A stretch of DNA of 64,000 nucleotides from Kiritimatiellia bacterium (GCA_051884915.1 JBJEWF010000022.1:13628-77627); one strand, 5' to 3'. Shown: positions 8,911-17,082, counted from the stretch's first letter. Notes: generated by a model not told the origin, from the letters alone. Numbers and translations: made by a program.

Positions 8911-10209
8911 ATGGTTCGCATCGTCGAATGGTCGGCAGGAAAGCCGCAAAGCGGCATCGTGGCGAAGTTCTTGGCGCGCAGCGCCTTTCCGGAGGAGGCC
9001 GAAGCGGCCGCCGCCGAGGTGCTGGCCGCCATTCGCAAGGAAGGGGACAGGGCGGTCGCGCGGTATGTGGCGAAGTTCGAAGGCGTGAAGCTGACGGCGC
9101 GGGAGTTCCGCGTGACGGAGGCCGAATGGGCCGCCGCCGAGGCGCAGGTCTCTCCGGCTCTGAAAAAAGCCGTCCGGGACGCCTACGCGCGCGTGCTGCG
9201 CTTCTCGAAGGCGTCGCTGCGCAAACCCTGGACGATGAAGACGCCGAGGGGCGGCGCGGCGGGCGAGTTCTATTCGCCCATGGACCGCGTGGGCGTCTAC
9301 GTGCCGGGAGGAACGGCGCCGCTCGCGTCGACGGGCGTCATGACGGTGACGCTGGCCCGGGCGGCGGGCGTCAGGGAGATCGTCGCCTGCACGCCGGCCG
9401 GGCCAACCGGCACGCCCAATCCCGTGCTGCTCCATGCCCTCAGGCTGGCGGGCGCGACGGAGGTCTACCGCGTCGGCGGCATCCAGGCCATCGGGCTGAT
9501 GGCGTTTGGCACGAAAACCGTGCGGAAGGTCCAGAAGATCGTCGGCCCCGGCAATGCGTTCGTGACGGCCGCCAAGCGGCAGGTCTACGGCTACGTGGGC
9601 ATCGACCAGGTCGCGGGGCCGAGCGAAATCGCCGTTCTCGCGGACGGCACGGTGCCGGCCCGGTGGGTCGCCGCGGACCTGCTGTCGCAGGCCGAACACG
9701 GCAGCGGCTGGGAAAAGGCGCTGCTGGTGACGCCCTGCGCCGCTTTTGCCGAAGAGGTGAAGGCGGAACTGCTCGCCCAGACGGAGACGCTTTCGCGCAA
9801 GGCGCTGATCCGGCGCGTGATGGCCCGCGGCGGCATCCTGTTCTGCGTGACGCCGGATCTGGCGGAGGGCCTTGAACTCGTCAACCGCTTCGCGCCCGAG
9901 CATTTCGAGATCATGTGCAAGGACGCGCGCCGGCTGATGAAGGGCGTGCGTGCCGCCGGGGCGGTGTTCGCCGGGGCGTGGACGCCGGAGTCGGCGGGCG
10001 ATTTCGTCGCGGGCCCCTCCCACGTGCTGCCGACCGGCGGCGCGGCGAACATGTTCAACGGGCTGACGCCCGACGATTTCCGCCGGCGCCACTCGTTCGT
10101 GGCCTTTACCCGGGACGATCTGGCCGAAACGAGGGACTCGATTGCGGCGTTCGCCCAGGTGGAGGGGCTGGACGCCCACGGCCGCGCGGCGGCGATCCGT
10201 TTCGAGTGA
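8911..10209 (+). CDS. hisD: histidinol dehydrogenase
   Basis: VYVPGGTAPLASTGVMTV, IAVLAD, LLSQAEHG and the C-terminal HisD pattern. Start at MVRIVEW lies downstream of the promoter and SD. Confidence 0.92.
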   Translation: MVRIVEWSAGKPQSGIVAKFLARSAFPEEAEAAAAEVLAAIRKEGDRAVARYVAKFEGVKLTAREFRVTEAEWAAAEAQVSPALKKAVRDAYARVLRFSKASLRKPWTMKTPRGGAAGEFYSPMDRVGVYVPGGTAPLASTGVMTVTLARAAGVREIVACTPAGPTGTPNPVLLHALRLAGATEVYRVGGIQAIGLMAFGTKTVRKVQKIVGPGNAFVTAAKRQVYGYVGIDQVAGPSEIAVLADGTVPARWVAADLLSQAEHGSGWEKALLVTPCAAFAEEVKAELLAQTETLSRKALIRRVMARGGILFCVTPDLAEGLELVNRFAPEHFEIMCKDARRLMKGVRAAGAVFAGAWTPESAGDFVAGPSHVLPTGGAANMFNGLTPDDFRRRHSFVAFTRDDLAETRDSIAAFAQVEGLDAHGRAAAIRFE

Positions 10210-10258
10210 ACCGGGCCGCGGAACCCTTTAACAACGAAAAGAGAAGAGAGGTGTTGGC

Positions 10259-10483
10259 ATGAATCTGGAAGAACAGGTCAAGGCGATGGTTGACGCGCTC
10301 CGTCCGATGCTGCAGCAGGACGGCGGCGACATGGAGTTCGTGAAGATGGAGGGCAAGGTCGTCACGCTCAAGCTGGTCGGCCACTGCGGCACGTGTCCCT
10401 ACGCGATGATGACGCTGAAGCAGGGCATCGAGACCAAGCTGCGCGAACTCGATCCGGAACTGACGGTCGAACGCGCCGAGTGA
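10259..10483 (+). CDS. NifU-like Fe-S cluster domain protein
   Basis: 74 aa with the NifU C-terminal domain signature GGDMEFV ... LKLVGHCGTCPYAMMTLKQGIE. Confidence 0.85.
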   Translation: MNLEEQVKAMVDALRPMLQQDGGDMEFVKMEGKVVTLKLVGHCGTCPYAMMTLKQGIETKLRELDPELTVERAE

Positions 10484-10493
10484 GGTGACGTCC

Positions 10494-11084
10494 ATGAAGA
10501 CGGTGAACGTTTCCCTTGTCGGCGTTGGCGGGCAGGGCATCCTGCTGACGGCGAACATGCTGGCCCGCACGGCGACGCTTGCGGGCATGGACGTGAAGAA
10601 GAGCGAAATCCATGGCATGGCCCAGCGTGGCGGCAGCGTGATTTCCTCCGTCCGTTTCGGCGAAAAGGTCCATTCGCCGATCATCCCCGAGGGGCAGAGC
10701 GACATTCTGGTGGCGTTCGACCGCCTTGAGGCGCTGCGGTGGGCGCATTTCCTGGCGCCCGGAGGCCGGGTCGTCATGAACGACGTCGACCTGGTGCCGG
10801 TGACGGTGTCGAGCGGACAGCAGCCGCCCGTGGCGGACTTCGAGGGCCGCCTCGCCGCGGCGTTTCCGGCGGCCATCGTGGTCGATGCGCCGAAAATCGC
10901 CGCCGAAGTGGGCAACGAGCGGACGATGAACATGGTCATCGCCGGCGCCCTGTCCGCGCTGACGCCGTTTGCCGAGGAGCAGTGGATGGCGGCGATGGAG
11001 CAGAGTTTCACGGGACCGAAGGCGAAGCTGCTGGAGCTCAACCGGAAGGCGTTCGCGCGCGGCCGCGCGGCCGCGACGGCGTGA
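10494..11084 (+). CDS. indolepyruvate/2-oxoacid:ferredoxin oxidoreductase beta(gamma)-type subunit, IorB-like
   Basis: N-terminal VSLVGVGGQGILLTANMLA and EIHGMAQRGGSV are typical of the POR-gamma/IorB domain. ATG 10494 preferred over GTG 10485. Confidence 0.75.
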   Translation: MKTVNVSLVGVGGQGILLTANMLARTATLAGMDVKKSEIHGMAQRGGSVISSVRFGEKVHSPIIPEGQSDILVAFDRLEALRWAHFLAPGGRVVMNDVDLVPVTVSSGQQPPVADFEGRLAAAFPAAIVVDAPKIAAEVGNERTMNMVIAGALSALTPFAEEQWMAAMEQSFTGPKAKLLELNRKAFARGRAAATA

Positions 11085-11118
11085 GGCCAGCCGGATCGAG
11101 GGAAGGAGGACGGCAGCG

Positions 11119-12270
11119 ATGAAGACGGTTATCGTCAATGCGCACGTGATTTCGCCGGGCGTCGACCTGAAGAAGGCGACGGTCGTTCTGGACAAGGGCA
11201 GGATCGCCGCGGTCGGGACGGATCTTGACGCGGTGAAGGGGGTGGACACGGTGGTCGACGTGCGCGGCAAATACGTCGTCCCCGGGTTCATCGACGTCCA
11301 CCTGCACGGCGCGCTCGGCTTCGACGTGTGCGACGGAACGCCCCAGGCCATCGAGCAGATCGCCGCGGCCAAGCTGGCCGAAGGGTGCACCAGTTTCCTG
11401 CCCACGACGCTGACGGTTGGCAAGGACACGCTGAAGAAGGCGATGAAGGCCGTTGCGGCCTACCGGAAGAACGAGCGGTTCGCAAAGGTGATCGGCGTCC
11501 ACCTTGAGGGGCCGTTCATCAATCCGTCGTGCTGCGGCGCGCAGAACCCGGCGTTCGTCCGCAAGCCGGACATCCGGGAAGTCCTCGCGCTCGACCGGAT
11601 CTCGCCCGTGAAACTGGTGAGCTTCGCCCCGGAAATGCCGGGCGGCGCGGCGTTCGCCGCCGCGTGCCGGGAGCGGGGCATCGTGCCGAGCTGCGGCCAT
11701 ACGAGCGCCACGCTGGCCCAGCTGATGCCGGCCTACGACAGGGGCCTTCGCCATTTGACGCATTTCTGCAACCAGATGACGAAACTCCATCACCGCGAAA
11801 TCGGCATGGTGGGGGCGGGCTTCCTGATCGACGATCTGAACACGGAGGTCATCTGCGACCGCATCCACCTGTGCGACGACATGCTGCGCCTCGTCTTCCG
11901 GAAGCGCGATCTGGCCCACATCCAGATGATCACGGATTCCCTCCGCTGTTCGCACATGCCGGACGGCTATGCGTTTGAGATGGGCGGACTGAAAGTCGAA
12001 CTCGCGAACGGCGAGGCGCGCCTCGTCGAAGGGGGGAATCTGGCCGGTTCGACGCTGTGGTTCAACCAGGGGCTCAAGAATCTGCGCGAGGTGACGGGGC
12101 TTCCGCTGAAGGACCTGATCCGCGTGACGTCCTGGAACCAGGCGCTCGAACTGGGGCTGGGCGGGAAACTGGGCAAGGTCGAGCGGGGATTTGCCGCCGA
12201 CCTGGCCGTGCTGGACGCGAAGACGTTCGATGTGTGCGCGGTCTTTGTCGATGGTGAACAGCGTATCTGA
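11119..12270 (+). CDS. nagA: N-acetylglucosamine-6-phosphate deacetylase
   Basis: VVPGFIDVHLHGALGFD metal-binding motif, FLPTT, HLEGPF. GGAAGGAGGA SD upstream of ATG 11119. Confidence 0.88.
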   Translation: MKTVIVNAHVISPGVDLKKATVVLDKGRIAAVGTDLDAVKGVDTVVDVRGKYVVPGFIDVHLHGALGFDVCDGTPQAIEQIAAAKLAEGCTSFLPTTLTVGKDTLKKAMKAVAAYRKNERFAKVIGVHLEGPFINPSCCGAQNPAFVRKPDIREVLALDRISPVKLVSFAPEMPGGAAFAAACRERGIVPSCGHTSATLAQLMPAYDRGLRHLTHFCNQMTKLHHREIGMVGAGFLIDDLNTEVICDRIHLCDDMLRLVFRKRDLAHIQMITDSLRCSHMPDGYAFEMGGLKVELANGEARLVEGGNLAGSTLWFNQGLKNLREVTGLPLKDLIRVTSWNQALELGLGGKLGKVERGFAADLAVLDAKTFDVCAVFVDGEQRI

Positions 12271-12283
12271 AGGGAGGGAGTTC

Positions 12284-13570
12284 ATGTCCGAAGAAAACAG
12301 GGACGGCAACTACAAGTGGGTGGCGCTCGCGCTTCTGACCGTGGGCTATTTCATGCAGCAGGGCACGCGGCAGATCTTCAATTCGGTGCTGCCGCAGATG
12401 AAGAGCGAGTTCACGTCCGTCGCGGCGGGCGACTGGGGAACCGTGATGACGGTGTTCGCGGCCGTGTACGGCGTGTGCGTGATGTTCGCCGGCGTGCTGG
12501 GGGATCTCTTCAGCCGCAAGAAGACGATCCTGATCTCGGTGGCGATGTTCTCCTGCGCGATTCTCGCCTCCGGCTTCGCGCGCCCCCTCGGCTGGCTTTC
12601 GCTCGTGAGCTACCTCGTCGCCGTTTACAGCGTCGTGTTCGCGGCGGGGCAGTGCCTCTATCCGTCGTCCGCCAATTCGATCCTGAGCCAGCTCCACGAC
12701 AAGACGCGCTCGATGGCGATGTCGATCATGCAGAGCGCGCTCTACGCGGCGGTGGTCGCCGTCTCGCTCGCCTCCGGCTGGCTCGCGGGACTCGGGAAGG
12801 GGGCCTGGCGCTATCCGTTCTGGGCATTCGGCGGTCTGGGCGTGCTGCTGTTCGTCGTGCTTCTCGTCTGGCTGCGCGACACGAAGCCCCTGCCGCCCGC
12901 GCCCGGCGCCGTGGCCAAGCCGTCGATGTCCGAAGCGTTCAAGGCCTTCGCCGTGAAGCCCAGCGCGTGGCTGCTGATGGCGGCCTTCGGCTTCCAGGTG
13001 TTCACGAATTTCGGGTTTACGGTGTGGACGCCCGTCTATCTGCGTGAAACCTATTTCGCCAACACGCGCATGGCCGCCACCGAAGTGGGCTTCTGGACGA
13101 TGTTCCATTCCGTGATCTGGCACTATCTGGGCTGCGTGATCGGCATTCTGTTCGCCAGCCGCGTCTCCGACAGGCTGGCCGCGAACTGGAAGCCCGCGCG
13201 CATGGCGACGAACGTGGCGGGTCTTCTCGCGGGCGCGCCCTGCATCTTCCTGGCCTATCACTCGAACTCCCTTGAGCTTTGCGCGGCGGGGCTGTTCCTG
13301 TTCGGCCTCGCGCACGGCGTGTACGACTCGAACATGTTCGCGTCGCTCTACGACGTGATCAAGCCGCGCTACCGCGCGTCGTCCACGGGCTTCATGTGCT
13401 GCGGGGCCTTCCTCGTGGGCGCCGTCGCGCCGAAGCTCATTGGCGTGATGATGGATCGCGGCGTCTCGGTGAAAGACTGCCTCACGTCCCTTTCGGGGGC
13501 CTACTTCGCGGGGGCGGCGGTCATTCTCTTCACGATTGCCTTCTGCCTGAAAAAAGATTACGAAGGATGA
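12284..13570 (+). CDS. MFS transporter
   Basis: About 12 predicted TM helices and an MFS-like loop GVLGDLFSRKKT. AGGGAGGGAG SD before ATG 12284. Substrate unknown. Confidence 0.8.
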   Translation: MSEENRDGNYKWVALALLTVGYFMQQGTRQIFNSVLPQMKSEFTSVAAGDWGTVMTVFAAVYGVCVMFAGVLGDLFSRKKTILISVAMFSCAILASGFARPLGWLSLVSYLVAVYSVVFAAGQCLYPSSANSILSQLHDKTRSMAMSIMQSALYAAVVAVSLASGWLAGLGKGAWRYPFWAFGGLGVLLFVVLLVWLRDTKPLPPAPGAVAKPSMSEAFKAFAVKPSAWLLMAAFGFQVFTNFGFTVWTPVYLRETYFANTRMAATEVGFWTMFHSVIWHYLGCVIGILFASRVSDRLAANWKPARMATNVAGLLAGAPCIFLAYHSNSLELCAAGLFLFGLAHGVYDSNMFASLYDVIKPRYRASSTGFMCCGAFLVGAVAPKLIGVMMDRGVSVKDCLTSLSGAYFAGAAVILFTIAFCLKKDYEG

Positions 13571-15111
13571 GGCGGGCGCTTCTTTTCGCGGGCATCTGCA
13601 TCTGCCTTCTGGCCGGGATTCCGGTCTCGGCGAAGATGCAGGTGGTCTTCCATGGCGGAGCCGGCCGGGTCGGCGGAAGCTGCGCGCTGGTCCAAAGCGG
13701 CTCGACGCGCGTGCTGGTCGACTGCGGCGCGTTCTACGGAAGCGAATTCAAACCGGGCGAAGCGGGGGCGGACGGCGCGTTCGGCTTCGATCCCGCCTCG
13801 GTTTGCGATCTGGTCCTGACCCATGCGCACGCGGACCACGCCGGCCGCCTCGCCCAGCTTCTGCGCGCGGGCTTCGCCGGCACGTTGTGGATGACCGAGC
13901 CGACGCGGGCGCTGCTGGAATCGTCGATGGACGGCCAGGCGCGTTATGAACGCGCGGTGGCGCGGAACTGGCGCTGGTCGGTGCGGACGAAGCGCCGGAC
14001 GGTCCACTGGCGGCCGGCCTGCGAATGGTCCCGGCGGATTTCCGACGCCAACCTGAAGACCTTCCAGGGCACGCTGGACGAACTGTCCGGAAAGGCCGGC
14101 GTCCGCAATCCCTTCTTCTGCCAGGCGTGCAGCGCGCTGGACATGAAGGATTTCATGGCCCACGTCAAGGTCATGCCGTTTGAACGGGAGTGGAAAATCG
14201 GCTCGCTGTCCGTCAGGCTGTCCGACGTCAAGCATTTGCCGGGCGCGGCTTCGGTCAGGTTCGCGGACGGAACGGCCTCCTGCGTGTTTTCGGGCGATCT
14301 GGGATCGCGCCGGTCGCGTCTGGTGACGGATATCGCCCCGGCGGAAAAGGCCGACGCGGTCTTCGTCGAGGCGACCTACGGCGATGCGCTCTACGGCACG
14401 GCGGCGCAGACCGATGCGGAATACGTGCGCTTCCAGACGGCCGTCGGCGATGCCGTCCGGGCCGGCGGCGTGGCCTGGATTCCCGCCTTCGCGATGGACC
14501 GCGCGTCGCGGGTGCTGCTTGAAATCCAGAAGGGCATGGCGGCGGGACGGATTCCGCCGGACGTGCCCGTCCACTTCATCTCCTCCTCTTCGCGGGACAT
14601 GACGGAGAAGTACATCCTCCATCCCGAATGGTTCGACGTGCCGGACATGCGGGACGTCAAGGACCTCTTCGCGCGCAGTCTGCCGGGCTATCCCAAGAAC
14701 CGGGAATCGCGCTATATCCTCGTTGCCACGTCCGGCATGATGGAAATGGGCGCGTGCCGCAAGCTGCTGCCGCTGCTGCTGCCGCGCCCGACCACGCACG
14801 TCCTGCTGGTGGGGTACCAGTCGCCCGCGACGCCCGGCGGGCTGCTCAAGGCGGGCGCGCGGACGCTGGAGATCGACGGGGAGACGATTCCCGTGGCGGC
14901 GAAGGTGTCCGCGTTCGGATGTTTTTCGGGGCATGGCGACGCCGCCGAAAACGACCTCTGGCTGCGCAACAACCACGCGTCGCGGATCTTTCTGATCCAC
15001 GGCGACGAAAAGGCCCTCGCCGCGCGCAAGAAGGATCTTGAAGCCCGCTTCAAGATGTCCGTCGAGATCGCGCGCCCGGGCGTGGTCTACGAAATCGGGC
15101 CGCACGAATAG
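13567..15111 (+). CDS. MBL-fold metallo-hydrolase of the beta-CASP type
   Basis: LVLTHAHADHAGRL (HxHxDH) and a C-terminal CFSGHGD/IFLIHGD beta-CASP pattern. ATG 13567 forms an ATGA overlap with the MFS stop. An alternative start is ATG 13636 (MQVVFHGGAGRVGGS, the canonical family N-terminus). Confidence 0.8.
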   Translation: MRRALLFAGICICLLAGIPVSAKMQVVFHGGAGRVGGSCALVQSGSTRVLVDCGAFYGSEFKPGEAGADGAFGFDPASVCDLVLTHAHADHAGRLAQLLRAGFAGTLWMTEPTRALLESSMDGQARYERAVARNWRWSVRTKRRTVHWRPACEWSRRISDANLKTFQGTLDELSGKAGVRNPFFCQACSALDMKDFMAHVKVMPFEREWKIGSLSVRLSDVKHLPGAASVRFADGTASCVFSGDLGSRRSRLVTDIAPAEKADAVFVEATYGDALYGTAAQTDAEYVRFQTAVGDAVRAGGVAWIPAFAMDRASRVLLEIQKGMAAGRIPPDVPVHFISSSSRDMTEKYILHPEWFDVPDMRDVKDLFARSLPGYPKNRESRYILVATSGMMEMGACRKLLPLLLPRPTTHVLLVGYQSPATPGGLLKAGARTLEIDGETIPVAAKVSAFGCFSGHGDAAENDLWLRNNHASRIFLIHGDEKALAARKKDLEARFKMSVEIARPGVVYEIGPHE

Positions 15112-15119
15112 GACGGGAC

Positions 15120-16259
15120 ATGGTCGGCATTTCCAAACTGTATTTCGGGACGATTGAAGAGTCGGACAGGCTGCGCTACCGCGCCGGCGTCCACCGGCGT
15201 CCGGTAGTCGTGTGGAACTGCACGCCTTCCTGCAATCTGGCGTGCGCGCACTGCTATGCCGCGCACGCCGGGCGGCAGGAGGTCCTGACGACGGCGCAGG
15301 CGGAGCGGGTCGTCGACGACCTGGCGGAATTCGGCGTTCCGGTCATTCTCTTTTCCGGCGGCGAGCCGCTGATGCGTCCGGACATCCGGCACGTGGCCGA
15401 ATACGCCAGGGAGAAGGGCATCCGGGTGACGTTTTCGACGAATGGCACGCTGATCGACGACGCGTGGGCCGACTGGCTCCAGGCGTTGGGCGTCTCGTAC
15501 GTGGGCATCTCCATCGACGGGACGGAGGCGGTCCACGACGCGTTCCGCCGCCAGGCGGGCGCCTACCGGAAATCCCTGGCGGCCATCCGGCGCCTGCGCG
15601 ACCGCGCGGTCAAGGTCGGTTTGCGCGTGACGATGACGCGGGACAACGTGCAGTCGATTCCCCAGATCTTCGATCTGATGCGCAACGAGCGCGTGCCGCG
15701 GCTTTGCCTCTACCATCTCGTCTACACGGGGCGCGGCAGGGAAATCGCGGCAACGGATCTCGACCATGCCGAGGCGCGCGCCGCGCTTGACACCATCGTC
15801 GCCGGGACGCGCGCGTGTTTCGAGTCGGGATTCCCCGTGGAAGTGCTGACCGTCGACAACCACTGCGACGGCATCGCCCTCTACCTCAAGATGAAAGCCG
15901 AGGGCCATCCCAACGCCGACAAGGCCCTGGAACTCCTGACGCTGAACGGCGGCAATTCGTCGGGCCAGGGCATCGGCTGCATTTCGTGGGACGGCACCGT
16001 CTATCCCGACCAGTTCTGGCGCGACCGTCCGGTGGGGAATGTGCTGGAGAAGCCGTTTTCGGAAATCTGGGGGCGTCCGGAACCCGGTTCGCTGCTGGAC
16101 CTGCTGCGCCGCAAGAAGGAACTGGTGAAGGGGCGGTGCCGCACCTGCAGATGGCTGGAGCTGTGCGGCGGGAACTTCCGGGCGCGGGGCGAGGCCGCCA
16201 CGGGCGACATGTGGGGCGAAGACCCGACGTGCTATCTCACGGACGCCGAAATCGCCTGA
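15120..16259 (+). CDS. radical SAM/SPASM protein, NirJ/AhbC/AhbD-like (haem-type cofactor maturation)
   Basis: KLYFG...DRLRY...RPVVVWNCTPSCNLACAHCY (CxxxCxxC) and the C-terminal Cys cluster CRTCRWLELCGG. Family resemblance is from memory, not from a search. Confidence 0.75.
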   Translation: MVGISKLYFGTIEESDRLRYRAGVHRRPVVVWNCTPSCNLACAHCYAAHAGRQEVLTTAQAERVVDDLAEFGVPVILFSGGEPLMRPDIRHVAEYAREKGIRVTFSTNGTLIDDAWADWLQALGVSYVGISIDGTEAVHDAFRRQAGAYRKSLAAIRRLRDRAVKVGLRVTMTRDNVQSIPQIFDLMRNERVPRLCLYHLVYTGRGREIAATDLDHAEARAALDTIVAGTRACFESGFPVEVLTVDNHCDGIALYLKMKAEGHPNADKALELLTLNGGNSSGQGIGCISWDGTVYPDQFWRDRPVGNVLEKPFSEIWGRPEPGSLLDLLRRKKELVKGRCRTCRWLELCGGNFRARGEAATGDMWGEDPTCYLTDAEIA

Positions 16260-16271
16260 GGACCGTCAGGC
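16254..16271. terminator. 6-bp palindromic hairpin gcctga-ggaccg-tcaggc containing stop codons on both strands
   Basis: The arms contain the TGA of the radical SAM gene (+, 16257-16259) and the TGA of the small - strand ORF (16266-16268). It is followed by GATTTCGG on the - strand. Weak stem, no strong U tract. Confidence 0.35.
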
Positions 16272-16408
16272 TCCGACGGAGCCGACAACGCCCGCGCCCG
16301 CCGCGATGAGATCGGCGGCGATGGCGGCGGCCTGCCAGGCCGCGTTTACGATAAGTGTGACGAACGTTCCCACCGGGCACCATCTGCCGTTTGCCTGAAC
16401 ACGCGCCC

Positions 16409-16438
16409 AGTCTACCACACTTCCCCGACGGCGGTCAA
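16409..16438 (-). promoter_or_regulatory. sigma70-type promoter on the - strand: TTGACC - 18 nt - TGgTAGACT
   Basis: The reverse complement reads tgTTGACCgccgtcggggaagtgTGGTAGACTggg. The 9-mer TGGTAGACT is identical to the tRNA-Glu promoter element at 30306-30314. No annotated gene lies downstream. Confidence 0.45.
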
Positions 16439-16611
16439 CACCGGTTTCCGCTCACCCTTGTTCCGCGCGGCCCCGCAGACGGTCCTGAACCGCCGGCACG
16501 TGCCGTCAAGTTCGCCGAAATTGCCTCCGACTCAAGGGAACACGCCCTGTTCGAGTTCGCGCCAGAGGGAGCGGAGGCGCGCGTCCTATTGCTTCGGCAA
16601 CTAATTTTGCG

Positions 16612-16640
16612 ATTTGAGCCGCAAAGTCCGCAAAGATTCC
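16612..16640 (-). repeat. 9-bp repeat module R1 (2 units, reverse orientation)
   Basis: atttgagc-cgcaaagtc-cgcaaagat; the reverse complement gives (NNCTTTGCG)x2 capped by GCTCAAAT. Confidence 0.8.
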
Positions 16641-16651
16641 AAGCGCGCTCT

Positions 16652-16696
16652 TTCTTTGCGTCCTTTGCGTTCTTTGTGTTCTTTGCGGCTAAAAAA
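16652..16696 (+). repeat. 9-bp repeat module F1 (4 tandem units plus GCTAAAAAA cap)
   Basis: ttctttgcg tcctttgcg ttctttgtg ttctttgcg gctaaaaaa. Can base-pair with R1 and R2. Confidence 0.85.
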
Positions 16697-16745
16697 CGGC
16701 TGACTTGCTGGCAGGGATTGCGCTTTGGCTTGGAGGAAGAAATAT

Positions 16746-16796
16746 ATTTGAGCCGCAAAGAACGCAAAGAACGCAAAGAATCCGAAAACGCAAAGA
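16746..16796 (-). repeat. 9-bp repeat module R2 (3 perfect units plus one distal unit, reverse orientation)
   Basis: atttgagc-cgcaaagaa-cgcaaagaa-cgcaaagaa-tccgaaaa-cgcaaaga; this is the inverted copy of the F modules. Confidence 0.85.
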
Positions 16797-16849
16797 TACA
16801 AAAGATGTGAAGGACGCAATTTCGCTTCCGTGAAGACATGAGCTTACAT

Positions 16850-16881
16850 CACACCTCTTTGCGTCCTTTGCGGCTAAAAAA
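16850..16881 (+). repeat. 9-bp repeat module F2 (2 units, CACACCT prefix, GCTAAAAAA cap)
   Basis: cacacct-ctttgcg-tcctttgcg-gctaaaaaa. Confidence 0.85.
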
Positions 16882-16911
16882 CACCCGGTCGGCACGTGGA
16901 AGCGCCGCGTC

Positions 16912-16952
16912 CACACCTCTTTGCGTCCTTTGCGTTCTTTGCGGCCAAAAAA
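16912..16952 (+). repeat. 9-bp repeat module F3 (3 units, CACACCT prefix, GCCAAAAAA cap)
   Basis: cacacct-ctttgcg-tcctttgcg-ttctttgcg-gccaaaaaa. Shares the 23-nt prefix cacacctctttgcgtcctttgcg with F2. Confidence 0.85.
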
Positions 16953-17073
16953 TCCATCTGATTCACGCTCTTTCATTGCCGCATCGATAATTGAAAAACA
17001 AGGTATATTTTACGAAATCACCACCCCTCCCCCTAAAAATATCATTTACCCACTTGCGGGCGATTGTGGAATA

Positions 17074-17082
17074 TGCCATAAT
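17074..17082 (+). promoter_or_regulatory. extended -10 like element TGCCATAAT upstream of the 849-aa gene
   Basis: It is the only TGnnAnAAT-like element in the AT-rich spacer. It would give a ~110-nt leader containing the palindromes cgacacgtgtcg (17108-17119) and cgtcgacg (17152-17159). Confidence 0.3.

Noticed and set aside
16250-16405. SRP (4.5S) RNA on the - strand, because of GGCAGATG...GTGCCCGG...CTGGCAGG similarity to the E. coli ffs 3' half.
   Set aside because: The essential domain IV core (GGAA tetraloop flanked by the AGCA/GGA symmetric loop, as in CAGGTCCGGAAGGAAGCAGCC) is absent. The resemblance is limited to short GC-rich words.
16612-16952. Possible CRISPR array.
   Set aside because: The repeat unit is only 9 bp and directly tandem, with no spacers of constant length. 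Modules occur in both orientations and there are no cas genes in the window.
16391-16976. ORFs inside the repeat island: 16391-16810 (+), 16435-16839, 16601-16819 and 16689-16976 (-), encoding FAFFAFFA, KERKERKE and LRSLRSLR strings.
   Set aside because: The odd peptides are a direct consequence of the 9-bp (3-codon) repeat period. The ORFs have no SD, their codon usage is unlike neighbouring genes, and they mutually overlap on both strands.
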